A stretch of 64,000 nt of DNA, taken from Octopus sinensis (lineage: Eukaryota). The stretch is taken from the NCBI RefSeq assembly GCF_006345805.1, contig NC_042998.1, positions 28,396,001 through 28,460,000 on the forward strand, given 5' to 3'. The notes beneath the pieces were generated by a model. It was given only the letters and a program-made list of their open reading frames with translations. It was not told the origin of the DNA and searched no databases. The position numbers were made by a program, and so were the translations under genes. Every line of letters begins with the position of its first letter. Within the stretch, counting starts at the first letter, position 1. Positions 12,704 to 25,129 of this stretch are shown in pieces.

Positions 12704-12802
12704 CGTTTTAATCGAAGTGACATCATTCTCGGAAACCAAGACGAAAAACTGACTCGCGTATCCGAGATTCATAAGAACTATGATGCTTGTAGTAATCTTA
12801 TG
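12704..12802 (+). pseudogene. Probable Helitron Rep/helicase fragment
   Basis: Translates SDIILGNQDEKLTRVSEIHKNYDA, resembling the Helitron motif RDIIL...LQRISExHRSYDALQYP (recalled, not searched). Confidence 0.4.
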
Positions 12803-13068
12803 GAGCAAGAAAAACTCACAAAAACATAAGGATTACCAAACAAAAAAGACAAACACATCCTTTTTCTCCATCAAATTTCTTAATCACTCATAGCCCCATT
12901 CTCACAAGAAACGTTTCTTTTTAAAAAGATATTGAATCTATAAAGAAATATTTGTGCTGTGGTGCATGGAAGCTGTGTGTTTAAGGGAGTTATTTCAACT
13001 GAATACATTTTATTCTTAACCTTAATTTACCAAACAAAATTTCGATGTGTTTTTCGATGTTGTTGTTG

Positions 13069-13157
<89 letters not shown>

Positions 13158-13167
13158 TATTATTATT

Positions 13168-13276
13168 ATTCAGGTCACTGCTTAACCACTACGCCATATG
13201 CCCACGGGCATATGGCGTGGTGGTTAAGAGCGCGGGCTACTAACCCCAAGATTCCGAGTTCTATTAAAGGCAGTGA

Positions 13277-13283
<7 letters not shown>
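13168..13283. mobile_element. Family I: short tRNA-like SINE, head-to-head with an internally deleted inverted copy
   Basis: Plus copy GGGCATATGGCGTGGTGGTTAAG...GAGTTCTATT...GCAGTGACCTGAAT(AAT)n; left part is the reverse complement of its two ends. Confidence 0.7.
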
Positions 13284-13307
<24 letters not shown>

Positions 13308-13356
13308 GATAAATAATAATAACAACAACAATAACAATAATAATAATAATAATAAC

Positions 13357-13505
13357 ATCGAAAAATACCTTCGGATTGAGAACCTAGGTACGAAATTTTC
13401 TCAAGACAACTGATGAAGGCGGAAGAGTATATCAGCCGAAGCGTTATGTTAACAACAAACAAGATGAGGAAAAATAACCGTCAAGTTTAAATAATGTAAA
13501 TAAAG
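13357..13505 (+). mobile_element. Family E copy 2 (degenerate hammerhead at 13405-13450)
   Basis: GACAA-CTGATGA-A-GGCGG...CAGCC-GAAG-CGTT-ATGTT; preceded by (AAT)n. Confidence 0.75.
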
Positions 13506-14609
13506 ACATGTTGGGATATTTCATATTCTCTTCTAAGATGTGATAACATATACAACCAATTGTGACATCATATATTTTTTATATTTCTATTCGTCAAAAA
13601 ACCATCTCGTGTTTGAATTCTCGCAAAGAAGCTCAATGAATATCGATTTGCAGAAAAAAAATGCTCATATCTAGAAATAAAAAAAAGTTAACTTAACAGT
13701 GACCTGGTATATCAGATCTAAAGCAGCAGTACTACTTGGCATATATTGCATCAGATTTTAGTTCTGATCAATAATTTCAACGTTCAAAGCCTGTGTACGC
13801 AATAAACTCAATCGAGTTAAAAATTATTGATAAATATCAAATCGTAAGTAACATTTTATCTTCAATATTTTGCTTATTATTCTAAAAAAATAGCTGCCAT
13901 TAAGTTTCCCTTTAGATTAATTTATCTTGTTTGATCTCATATATTCTGCTGTCATTACTAACTTTGTTTTTTCCAGAAGAGAGATCAATAAACGAAGTAT
14001 AAATAGGCTTAAAATATCTAGATTAAAAGCATAGAGGAACTACATGTACATTAAAAGCATGTTGCCGAAAACAAACTAAAAAAAAATGAAAAAAAAATGT
14101 ACTTAAATCCTCATCTTAAATTTCAAAGATGTGGGAAACAAAAAGTATAGCTCCGCAACACAAGATTTATGTAGATCGATAAAATATATACGTTATAACT
14201 TTTATAAGGACATTAATACGTTAGGGTTGTAAAGTAGGTTAGTAAATAGATAACTACCTTCTCGACCGTTTTTTTTTTAGATACAGACTTTCAAATCTAC
14301 TGGCATTCAGGAAACAAACAATACTAGTTCCATGCCTATGTGTTTTCGAGAGGATTACGAATAAATGAGACAAAATTTAGAATAGATTTGTTTCTTTAAT
14401 GAATAAAATGGTTATCAGGGAGAGTAGAATTTATTTGTGGCAGATGTGCAGGAGCAATAAATAATAAGAGCACACTGGAAAATTGATGATATGAAATGCT
14501 TAAGAAGCTCCTTAAAGTAATATATAGTTTCTTCTATCTACGTGACCTAATTAGCAGTGGAGGAGAATGCTCTAAAAGTATAGTTCCAAACAATACAAAT
14601 TGTACGAGT

Positions 14610-15075
14610 AAGTTCAGGGAACTTTTACTTCTGTTGATAACAAAATCCTTTCTCTCGGAATAAAAGGCAGATTGTATGATGTCTCTGTATGCAGAGCTGT
14701 GAAACTTGGAGTTGTGAATGCAGAGGACATGAAAAGATTTGAAAGAAATGAAGCAATTATGCTCTGACAGTTGTGCAATGTCAGTGTGCATGCAGGACAG
14801 ATTACAAATGTTCTTAGAGACACATTGTTTATAAGAGGCATCAGAGGTGGTACGCAGGAGGGAAGATTGTGCTGGTACTGTTATGTGATGCGGATGGATG
14901 ATGACAGTGATATAAAAATATGTCAATCACTGAACGTGTAAGGATCATGTGGAAGAGGTAGACCTAAGAAGATATAGGACGAAGTGCTAGAGACTGTCCT
15001 GAACATGTTGCACCTCCCAGAGAAGATGACGGGGTGGAGACAAATTGAATGGTGTCTTGCTTTGCTTCAGAAGAC
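14610..15075 (+). pseudogene. Decayed RTE-clade LINE ORF C-terminus
   Basis: KFRELL...GIKGRLYDV...AEDMKRFERNEA...NVSVH...GRGRPKK, homologous to 45020-45470 (-). Confidence 0.75.
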
Positions 15076-15414
15076 CTCTACCAACTCAGCAGAAGTGAGA
15101 TTCTTTCAAACATTCCCCCACAATCCATCTTCAATTTTCTTCGGCCCCTAGCTCTAATCATTTGTCACGCTATTTCCAATCAGTAGACTTAGCTACACAT
15201 CCACATTTTCCCCTCTGCTATCCTGTTCTCTCTTATATTCACGTTGTACCTGTACCTCATATCTGTTTCTACCTCTCCCTCACTTTCCAGTTGAGCAAGC
15301 CAAGTATCCACCGCTTCACCAAGATAATTGCTCCCCTCCCTCTATCACAGTTTCTTATTCTTCCAGTCTATTCCCTGCTAAGTTGAGTGAGGGGAGGGTC
15401 TTATCATGTAAGTA

Positions 15415-15619
15415 TTCGGTGACGTCACCGGTGCTGGAACCACGTATATAACACCCCTTACAGTCTGTAAAGTAGTTGGCATTAGTAAGGGCATCCAGCT
15501 ACTGAAACCACACGAAAGCAAACATAGTGTCTGGTGGGCCCGTCTTGTTTTTTCTTTTCTTATCAAACCACCCAAACCATCCCAGCATGGAAAACAATCG
15601 TTAAACGGTAATGATGATG

Positions 15620-15709
<90 letters not shown>

Positions 15710-15725
15710 GATGATGACGGTGATG
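15415..15725 (+). mobile_element. 3' terminal module D with (GAT)n tail
   Basis: GTTGGCATTAGTAAGGGCATCCAGCT...CAGCATGGAAAAC...(GAT)n; homologous to 43885-44070 (-). Confidence 0.7.
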
Positions 15726-15796
15726 GAAAAATTTAGAAGTGACAAATTGTATTAATAAACTTTTTATTCTCTCCGAGGATTTTTACAGCGTACTTA

Positions 15797-15924
<128 letters not shown>

Positions 15925-15936
15925 GTGTGTGTGTGT

Positions 15937-15980
<44 letters not shown>

Positions 15981-16004
15981 AAATAGTTTTCTTATTTCAA
16001 TATT

Positions 16005-16196
16005 TGGCTAGCTGACAACAGCGTTGGCACTTGGGGTAAGATGCTTAACGGCATTTCAGCCATCTTTATATTCTGAGTTCAAATCCCGCCGACATCGACT
16101 TTGCCTTTCATCCTTTCAGGCTCAATATCTTAAGTACCAGTTGCATACTGGAGTCGATGTAATTTCGGGCCTTGTGCCTTCAATAGAAAAGATTAT
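16005..16196 (+). mobile_element. SINE family C
   Basis: GAGTTCAAATCCC B-box and GACTTTGCCTTTCATCCTTT core. Confidence 0.75.
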
Positions 16197-16324
16197 GTAA
16201 GTGAAATGTATAATGATCGGGTTTACTGATACATTTCTCTATAGAACTGGCGAAAGAAGATAAGTCAATTGTTTCAAGCAGGAATCATGTTTTGGCAGAA
16301 TTTCTTCTTACATGGAAACCCATA

Positions 16325-16719
16325 TCTTTATATATAAAAGAGAAGTTGTGTGTCTGTCTCCTACGATTTAGATTCCTAACTACTCCCACATTTTGCGGTG
16401 CAGTTTAACCAAAACCGGGTATCTTATAGTCGTGATTCATATCGAGCCCTTCTGGGTATTAGCGCGCGTCTACGATGAGTCTACGATTTTAAAAATAATT
16501 TACCATAATTTTTTTCCATTTTAATGCCTTTTTCGCTATTATATAAGGGACGTAACCCTCTAAAAACGTCTACGATGAGTCAACGATTTAAAAAAAAATT
16601 ACCATAATTTTATTTCCATTTTTAATGCATTTTTTTGCTATATTTGGCTATAACTCTCTAAAAATGCTTATATAGTTATTTCCCTTACACACCCTAGCAA
16701 CGCCGGGCGATACTGCTAG
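16325..16719 (+). mobile_element. Non-autonomous Helitron
   Basis: Starts TC after an A, ends CTAG before a T, GC-rich imperfect hairpin CCCTAGCAACGCCGGG just upstream of the end; internal direct duplication. Confidence 0.75.
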
Positions 16720-17152
16720 TTAAATATAAATCCTAACTCAGAAGTGTTGGGGCCTTATGACATTCGGAAAGGTTACATCATATAAATTATAAGCATATTT
16801 ACTAGAACTGGCAGGCTACAATTAAAACAAAATATATATTATTGATGTAGCACATAGTAACGTCTAATGTCATTAGCAAAGAGCTTTGTCAAAAGAGAAA
16901 AAAATCCTACTCAATCATACGATGTAAAAATATAGCCATTTTGGGTTTTCGTAACACACACACACACACACGCACACAGACAGATATATGTGCATGAATG
17001 TGTATATATATATATATATATACGGAGGGAGTGGGAGGGAGAGGGAGGGAGAAAGTACTGTTACTTAATGTTTCTCGTTCAGAGATTTAGAAATAATAAC
17101 TTTTCTATGCACACACACACTCACATGTACACACACAGAGACGTACAAACAA

Positions 17153-17191
<39 letters not shown>

Positions 17192-17202
17192 ATATATATA
17201 TA

Positions 17203-17241
<39 letters not shown>

Positions 17242-17420
17242 GTATTATCGAAGAATGATTTCTCGACACAACATTGGTAGATAGAAATTTTTTTTCTGTT
17301 TTAACAAGGTGACCAAGGGTTTCATATAAAAAAAAGGTACACCTTAGCAATTTCAAACCTACTACCCAGGTGCGTTGGCAATCGTCTCCACATGTGTGTT
17401 TATATAGATACATTCATACA

Positions 17421-17456
<36 letters not shown>

Positions 17457-17606
17457 TATATAATATTAAATTAGAGATAAAACCACTATTAGGCAAATCA
17501 AACAGTGAAAAACATAAGCCAATACATAAAATTAATTTTAAAATTCCCTGTAAATCTAATTTTTCCCTGTAAGTTTGGATTTATTCCCTAATATTATTAT
17601 TATTAT

Positions 17607-17767
<161 letters not shown>

Positions 17768-17861
17768 GAAATCTATCATCACCATATATATATATATTGT
17801 AGCGATGTTGCGTTCCCTAACCAGACGGGCATATAAAAAAACATGACAACCAAAAGCTCAG

Positions 17862-20520
17862 GATTGATTGATTGATTGATTGATTGATTCTAGTTTCAGC
17901 TTATGAGCTGTGGCCATGCTGGGGCACCGCCATTTGGTGTTGCTACTTGGTTTCACTTCACGAAAGCTTTCTAGCAACTGCCATTTGGTGCATGAGAGAG
18001 TTCGATGCAGCTGCCCTCATCTGCCCCTCCTGCCGTGAAGTTGGTTCATCTGGGACACCTGACAGGAAGAGATCCAGCTTCATTTTAAAGACATCTGCAT
18101 CCACCCCATGCAGGTCTCTCAGGTTCTTCGGGAGGATATTGAAGAGCTGTGGGCCTCGGAAGCCCAGGCTATCACAGAATCTTGTCCTACATCTTGATGG
18201 CAAGTTTGAAGTCCTAGGCACCACGCAGTGGCGCCCAGTTCTGGCATTTGCGTAACTCTCGATGCCAAAGTTCAGGACACTTCCCTCCAGGATCTTCCAG
18301 ATGTATATTATGGCATATCTTTCCCGCCTACGCTCCAGGGAATATAGTTTTAATCTCTTGAGTCTTTCCCAGTAGCTTACATTCTGCATAGAGGCTATCT
18401 TCGTGTAGCTACGTTGGATCGCCTCGAGCTCTGTGATCAACTTGACACTGGATGGTGACCATAACTGAGAGCAGTAGTCAAAGTGGCTTAGGACAAGTGT
18501 CCTCCAGAGGACCATCATGGTTTCTTGTTCTCTTGTTCTAAAGGTTCTGAGGATCCATCCGGCCAGTCGTCTACATTTCATTGCCAATTTAGCAACATGT
18601 ACACGAAAGGTCGCGTCATCACTCATGTAAATACCTAGGTCACGCACTGATTGTGCCTCTGGGATTGCTATTCCTCCGGGTCCAGTGTATTGATTGGGTA
18701 TTGCATTTAGTTTTGCATGCTGATAGTATAGAGCTTGAAACTTTTCAGCATTGAACTGCATGCTATTCTTTTCGGCCCACTTGTATATTTTGTCTAGCTC
18801 ACATTGCAGGTGTTTAGTGTCCTCAGGGTTCTGTATTGCCTGTGAAACTTTTGTATCATCTGCATAACTTGTGATCGTGGCTCTCTGCGTGGCTGAGGGC
18901 ATGTCTGAGAGGGCCATTATGAACAGTAGTGGTCCCAGAACAGTGCCCTGTGGAACACCGCTCACTATTTGCGTGTTAATGGAAGTGGCCCCATTGGCCA
19001 CTACCACCTGACTTCTATCTTTCAGAAAGTCATGAAGCCATTCTCCCAGTTTTCCAACTATGTTGAGATCACGCAGTTTGTGACATATCATTCCATGATT
19101 GACTTTATCAAAGGCCTTTGCAAAGTCGAGATATATCACTTCCACATTTGAGTGGTTGAGCAGCCGTTTCAGCACCCAGTCATAGTGTTGTAGGAGCTGA
19201 GTTAAACAGCTTCTCCCTGGTCGGAAACCATGTTGGGTGTCGGGCAGCAAGTCATTCTCTTCAAGGAAGGTGATCAGCTTCCTTCTGACTATTCGTTCCA
19301 TGACCTTGCTGATGTGTGAGGTCAGAGAGATAGGTCTATAGTTCTTGGCTTCCGCTCTGCTACCTCCTTTATGAATGGGGCATATTTTACCTTCCTTCAG
19401 TTTTCTTGGAAGTTTGCCAGCTGCAAGGAAGCTCTGAAAGAGGAACTGCAGTGGTCTTGCTAGGACTCTCTTACATGCTTTTAGGAGGATTGCCGGGAAT
19501 CCATCGGGGCCAGTAGCTGAGTCTGTTTTCATTTCATCTATAGCCTTGATTACATCGTCTTCCTTTATATCGATGTAATCTATCGTCGCCGCCTCTGATT
19601 TTATATCTGCAGTGGTAAAGAAGTCAGTTGGATTGGTGATTTGGAGATGCCCAAGGGGTGAAGTGAAAACACTCTTGAATTGCTCATTCAGTATTTCACT
19701 TACCCTCATTGGTTTTCCTGTAAGTGTGCCATCCTTTTCGAGGAGTTGCCCTATTCTACAGTGCACTGTAGCTGTTTCTTTGGCATACCTGTAGAAAGCT
19801 CTGGGGTTAGATTTTATGTTGTCTATAGCCCAGGCTTCTTTGTCTGCTCTTTCCATTTCATGGGAGAGTTGCAGACATTTTTCGATTTCCAACAGTTTTA
19901 TTTTTAGGCGGGACTTTTCACTGCTTTCAATCTGTTTGTTTAGGCGATTTGAAAATTTTGTACGCCGTCTCATTAAAATTTTCCTCTCTCTGGGGATTTT
20001 GTTCTTGTGTACAGTGGCCTTTCTCTCTGGGACACATTTGTAGCATATGGCTTGCATTACAGACATGAATTGTTGAAGTTTCACGTCGATGTCTGGCGAG
20101 GAGAGACATTTAGGCCAGTTTTGTTTGAGGATCTTTTTCTCAATTTGTTTCCAGTTTGCCTTATGGTAGTTCAAGCTGGAAAGATTCTGGGGGTTTCTTG
20201 TAGGCTGCATGTCCGTGCTCTCTTTTGGCCCGTACATGGTCAGCTCTATCATGTTGTGATCCGAGAGTAGTGTCGGTGTCACTTTCACATTATGGATGAG
20301 ATCCATGTCATTTGTGAAGCAGAGATCCAGTGTGTTACCTGCCCTGGTTGGAGTATTACCTGCTCCATGTACAGGGTGTTGATGAGGTTCAGGAGGGACC
20401 TCGCCTGTCCTCGTTCACATCTTGTCATTCCTGGGAGAGAAAGGCTCTCGGGTCATCTGACATTGGGCAGATTGAAGTCTCCCATAAGAAGTACACTTAT
20501 GTGTTGATCTTTAGCGAGGC
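17862..20520 (-). mobile_element. 5'-truncated CR1/L2-group LINE (APE endonuclease end + RT + 3' UTR + (ATCA)n tail)
   Basis: RT ORF, upstream GDFN and NTLDLCFTN motifs (stop at 20453-20455, frameshift near 20345), short 3' UTR and tandem tail at 17862-17889. Confidence 0.9.
17958..20306 (-). CDS. LINE ORF2 remnant, 782 aa: endonuclease end and reverse transcriptase
   Basis: LLSDH, QHGFRPGRSCLTQLL, YLDFAKAFDKVNH, SGVPQGTVLGPLLF, YADDTK, DLGIY motifs; the start Met is internal to the true ORF2. Confidence 0.9.
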   Translation of the reverse strand: MDLIHNVKVTPTLLSDHNMIELTMYGPKESTDMQPTRNPQNLSSLNYHKANWKQIEKKILKQNWPKCLSSPDIDVKLQQFMSVMQAICYKCVPERKATVHKNKIPRERKILMRRRTKFSNRLNKQIESSEKSRLKIKLLEIEKCLQLSHEMERADKEAWAIDNIKSNPRAFYRYAKETATVHCRIGQLLEKDGTLTGKPMRVSEILNEQFKSVFTSPLGHLQITNPTDFFTTADIKSEAATIDYIDIKEDDVIKAIDEMKTDSATGPDGFPAILLKACKRVLARPLQFLFQSFLAAGKLPRKLKEGKICPIHKGGSRAEAKNYRPISLTSHISKVMERIVRRKLITFLEENDLLPDTQHGFRPGRSCLTQLLQHYDWVLKRLLNHSNVEVIYLDFAKAFDKVNHGMICHKLRDLNIVGKLGEWLHDFLKDRSQVVVANGATSINTQIVSGVPQGTVLGPLLFIMALSDMPSATQRATITSYADDTKVSQAIQNPEDTKHLQCELDKIYKWAEKNSMQFNAEKFQALYYQHAKLNAIPNQYTGPGGIAIPEAQSVRDLGIYMSDDATFRVHVAKLAMKCRRLAGWILRTFRTREQETMMVLWRTLVLSHFDYCSQLWSPSSVKLITELEAIQRSYTKIASMQNVSYWERLKRLKLYSLERRRERYAIIYIWKILEGSVLNFGIESYANARTGRHCVVPRTSNLPSRCRTRFCDSLGFRGPQLFNILPKNLRDLHGVDADVFKMKLDLFLSGVPDEPTSRQEGQMRAAASNSLMHQMAVARKLS

Positions 20521-20659
20521 ACAACTTTAAGTATGGATGTAGCTGATGAGAGCCAGATTGCAAGATATTGAACGGAGTCCCGCCCATAAAGGACAGTATC
20601 AGGATGGGTAGAAACGACCGATGTACGAAATGAAGATTAATGCCAAAACCATCTTTTTG

Positions 20660-20707
20660 TTACTTAAGAAATCATCATCATCATTATTATTAATATAATC
20701 ATTACTA

Positions 20708-20759
<52 letters not shown>

Positions 20760-20981
20760 CATTATTAATATCATCATCATCATCGTTATTATTATTTTTA
20801 TCATTATCTTTATTATTAATATTATCATCATCATTATTATTATTATTATTATTATTTTATTATTATTATTATTATTATATTATTATTATTATTATCATTA
20901 TTAATATCATCATCATCATCGTTATTATTATTTTTATCATTATCTTTATTATTAATATTATCATCATCATTATTATTATTA

Positions 20982-21019
<38 letters not shown>

Positions 21020-21035
21020 TACTACTACTACTAAT
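20660..21035. repeat. Compound (TAT)/(CAT) microsatellite with internal 136-bp duplication
   Basis: TTAATATCATCATCATCATCGTTATT... occurs at 20765 and 20901. Confidence 0.9.
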
Positions 21036-21221
21036 ATTATCATCCCAACTAACACTGCAGAATTCCTGACTGAGATCCAACGGAAATATACCCCGAATGC
21101 GGATGACCCTATGTAGCCCAAACAATGCCTGTGCTCTACTCAACACTTCAACACACCAATGAACGTATACCAATTAGTTCAAAACATTAATATGTGTGTG
21201 GGTGAGTATATATGTCTATTT

Positions 21222-21448
21222 TTTTACTCTTTTACCTGTTTCAGTCATTTGACTGCGGCCATGCTAGAGCACCGCCTTTAGTCGAGCAAATCGACCCCAG
21301 GACTTATTCTTTGGAAGCCTAGTACTTATTCTATCGGTTTCCTTTGCCGAACTGCTAAGTTACGGGGACATGAACACTTCAGCATCGGTTGTCAAGCGAT
21401 GCTGGGGAGACAAACACAGACACACAAACATACACACACTCACACACA

Positions 21449-21533
<85 letters not shown>

Positions 21534-21713
21534 CATACATACATATACACGACGGGCTTCTTTCAGTTTCCGTCTATCAAATCCACTCAGAAGGCTTTGG
21601 TCGGCCCGAGGATATAGTAAAAGACACTTGGCCAAGGTGCTACGCAGTGGGACTGAACTCGGAACCATGTAGTTGGTAAGCAAGCTACTTACCACACACC
21701 CACTCCTACGCCT
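21222..21713 (-). mobile_element. SINE family A
   Basis: Full-length match with internal (TA)n. Confidence 0.9.
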
Positions 21714-23123
21714 ATATGTATATATTTATAATATCTTTAACAATTTATTTTTCAAATGTCTTTGCTCTTAAATTAACCAAAATTTAAAAGAGAGCAGTAA
21801 CAAAACCAGGATATGTAGGCGTTATACGGTGCTGCATTAAGTTGACAATCTAAAGTTATGGCTTAATATTTCTGCCCACGTTCACTTGAAATTTAATACA
21901 TGGTGAATTAAAGGATGTATAGAAATGAAATGTATTGTCGCTTACTGGCAGTGCAGCTTTAATGATCTGTCAAGTGAATCAGTACACAGGCTTTCGATTA
22001 TCTCGTCTCTTTTATATTTTTCTCTTTCCTGCCGCCTTGCTTCTGCGAATTATTTAGTGATATACACTTCTCGTGCCAAATATATCATTATTTCCAAACT
22101 GTACTAATTATCACATTATCTATATATCCCATTTGAAGGCAGGCCTTTTCATTTGAAGATTATTCGGATGCAATTTAAGCAATCTACCAGAGAGTTCTTC
22201 ATAGTTTTTCTCCAACCCCGGATCGAGCCCTAATTGTGAACTATGATTAAACTTTCTGACCAATCTATTCTTCTGTGTAGTAAGCCCAGCCCTGATTATA
22301 CCCAAATATTCAGGACAATTTAGCCGTACCCATCCAGTGAACGACAATCTTCAGTGTGACGAATTTCCTTTCTTAAGATAGCAGTGTGTAATCTGGTCTT
22401 TTCACACACACACACACACACACACACAGACAGTTTCAATTTATATTCGAATTCATTTTATATTCACTGTAATGAGACACTTTTATTGGCTAATCAACGC
22501 CATGAAAATCATTTTCACTATAAGTCAATAAATAAAGAGTTATTTGCTATTAAAATTTGAAAAATTGTGGTAATTTTAGCCAGACACATTCATATCTGTT
22601 TCCATAGTAACAAGCCAAACATGAGAATTATATTGTCTGCGAGAAAGCACGAGTTGGCAAATATATTGAAACTAATTATTGACGCTATGTTAAAAATATT
22701 TAATTTGTAATGTGTTGTTTATCGCATGAAAAGCATATCGAATACTTAAATGCTTTTTTTTTAGTATTTAATTTGTAATGTGTTGTTTATCGTATTAAAT
22801 GCATATTGAATGCTTAAAACTACAAAAGACGTATTGTTTTCTCATCTTTTGCGTGCAGGATACAAATATTGACAATACATGCTGTTTTCAGGATGTTGAC
22901 AAAATGTGCTGTCACACACAAAACGACAGCTTCAAAATCCTGTTTCCAGACTGGCTGAAAATCAATCAAAATTTAAACCTTTATAACTTTTTAAAAACAA
23001 TTTTCTGGAAAACGTGATATAACTCCAGCAATTCAGCTCGGAAAACTACATTAATGTACCAAAAATTAAAATTTTTGATAAACTTTAACATTTGAAACCT
23101 TGGCAGCCAAACAGAAAAGATGC

Positions 23124-23165
<42 letters not shown>

Positions 23166-23170
23166 AATGA

Positions 23171-23322
23171 AAGGTTTCTTTCCGTTTCCGTATACCAAGT
23201 CCTCTCGCAGAGCTTTGGTCGGCCTGAAGCTATAGTTATCCAAGATAGCACGCAGTGGGACTGAACCTAGACTGAACCAGCCATATGGTTGGAAAGCAAA
23301 CTTCTTACCACACAGCCACGCC
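23171..23322 (-). mobile_element. SINE family A, 5' module only
   Basis: CGCAGTGGGACTGAACC...CTTACCACACAGCCA. Confidence 0.75.
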
Positions 23323-24065
23323 ATAACCAATCATCAAACAACTACATGCTGTTATTTATAACTTTATATGTACTTCGAGATTCAGTTCCAAAAAGAATTG
23401 TTTCATGTTCTCTCAAAGTTTTATGAATTCTTATAGCGTCAACAACATACAGTCGTCATTTGTAAAAAAATAAATTTCTAAAATGGACAGAGAAATTCAA
23501 AGGGTTGCTTTGGGTCAATGGTAGAGCGACTGTTGTATCTACAGGTGTTGGTTCGAGTTCCAAGACAAACTTCCCTTTCTTTCTATGCAAAAGGATTTTT
23601 CAAATCAATATTTACCTGCTATTATTTACAGCTTTATTATGTATTTCTTGATTCTGTTCCAGAAAGAATTATTTCACACTCACGTCAGTTGCCATTTATT
23701 TGTACAAGAGTTGACACGAAAAAAACATTTACATGATTGCATAATTCAGAATACAACATCAATGAACGCTGTTCCTGCAAAGCAATCATTCTACCCGTGC
23801 CTCGGGCGTTACAGCATTCGAAAATAAGAACCACATAAAAATATCAAAACTTTTCCAACTTCAGAATGTTAAAGCTTATGCAATTTTTTATTTTTTATTT
23901 TTTATTTTGTTTTCAATTTCAATCTTGTAAAGTTGTGTTAAATGCATCGTCGTTCTCGGAGTTACATGATTGGCAATTTTCCGATTACTTATCAAGTGGC
24001 TATCTCACTAAAATTAGAAAATTTTCCTATTCAGTGAATCGTGTAATAGTACAGAAATACATTTC

Positions 24066-24400
<335 letters not shown>

Positions 24401-25129
24401 TGTACGTTTATGCATGCATGCATGGTACTGTGTGTGGTTATATCAACATATCTTATTTTTCGTTCTCAACATTTGTAATGCGTTTGTATTTTTTAATTTG
24501 GCTTTAATAACTTTATTATTGGTGATTGAGAACCAATTCCAGTTTCCCTCGAGATGTTTATTTATCGACTTCATTCACTCATCTATAAAGCGTTTCATGT
24601 AACAAAACAACATATTTAAATTTTGTGATTTAATCCGGTGATTTCCTATAACTTTTTTCCATTCGGTTTAGAAGAAATTATAGTTATGTGAATCGCTGTA
24701 TCTTTGGGCTCGATTCGAACTATTCTAATAGTAATTTTCAATGATTTCATCATGATTAGCTTCTAGTTTTTCTCTTTTTTTTTTTTTTGTTAATTACTAA
24801 ATCTCCCTAATAGCAGCAAGAATTTTGATAATGTGGTTCTAATAAGAGCAATTTATTGTGAACGGAATTTAAACTTTTGTTGATCAGTATTCCATAGTCA
24901 ATTTATTATGATGCTGCCCACTCCCAAGCCTATTACACGTTTGTATGATAAGCATAGCATTATCTTGTTGATGGGGTCGTGTTAGCTAGCCTCAGATAAA
25001 CCCTGATGTAGCAGAACTAAAACCAAAGACGGTCCAATGGCATCCACTTCGTATTTTACTTAAGAGGTTGTGGGCCTAGACCTACATTAACTAATGTCTC
25101 ACAAGCTCTTTCCGTTTGGACGATAATTA

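Noticed and set aside
20540-20630. CTGATGAG...GAAACG motif pair
   Set aside because: No convincing stem I or stem II pairing
22120-22347. 75-aa ORF faintly resembling Gypsy RT/RNase H linker (YLG...LGL...FKWD)
   Set aside because: Too few conserved residues to call without a search
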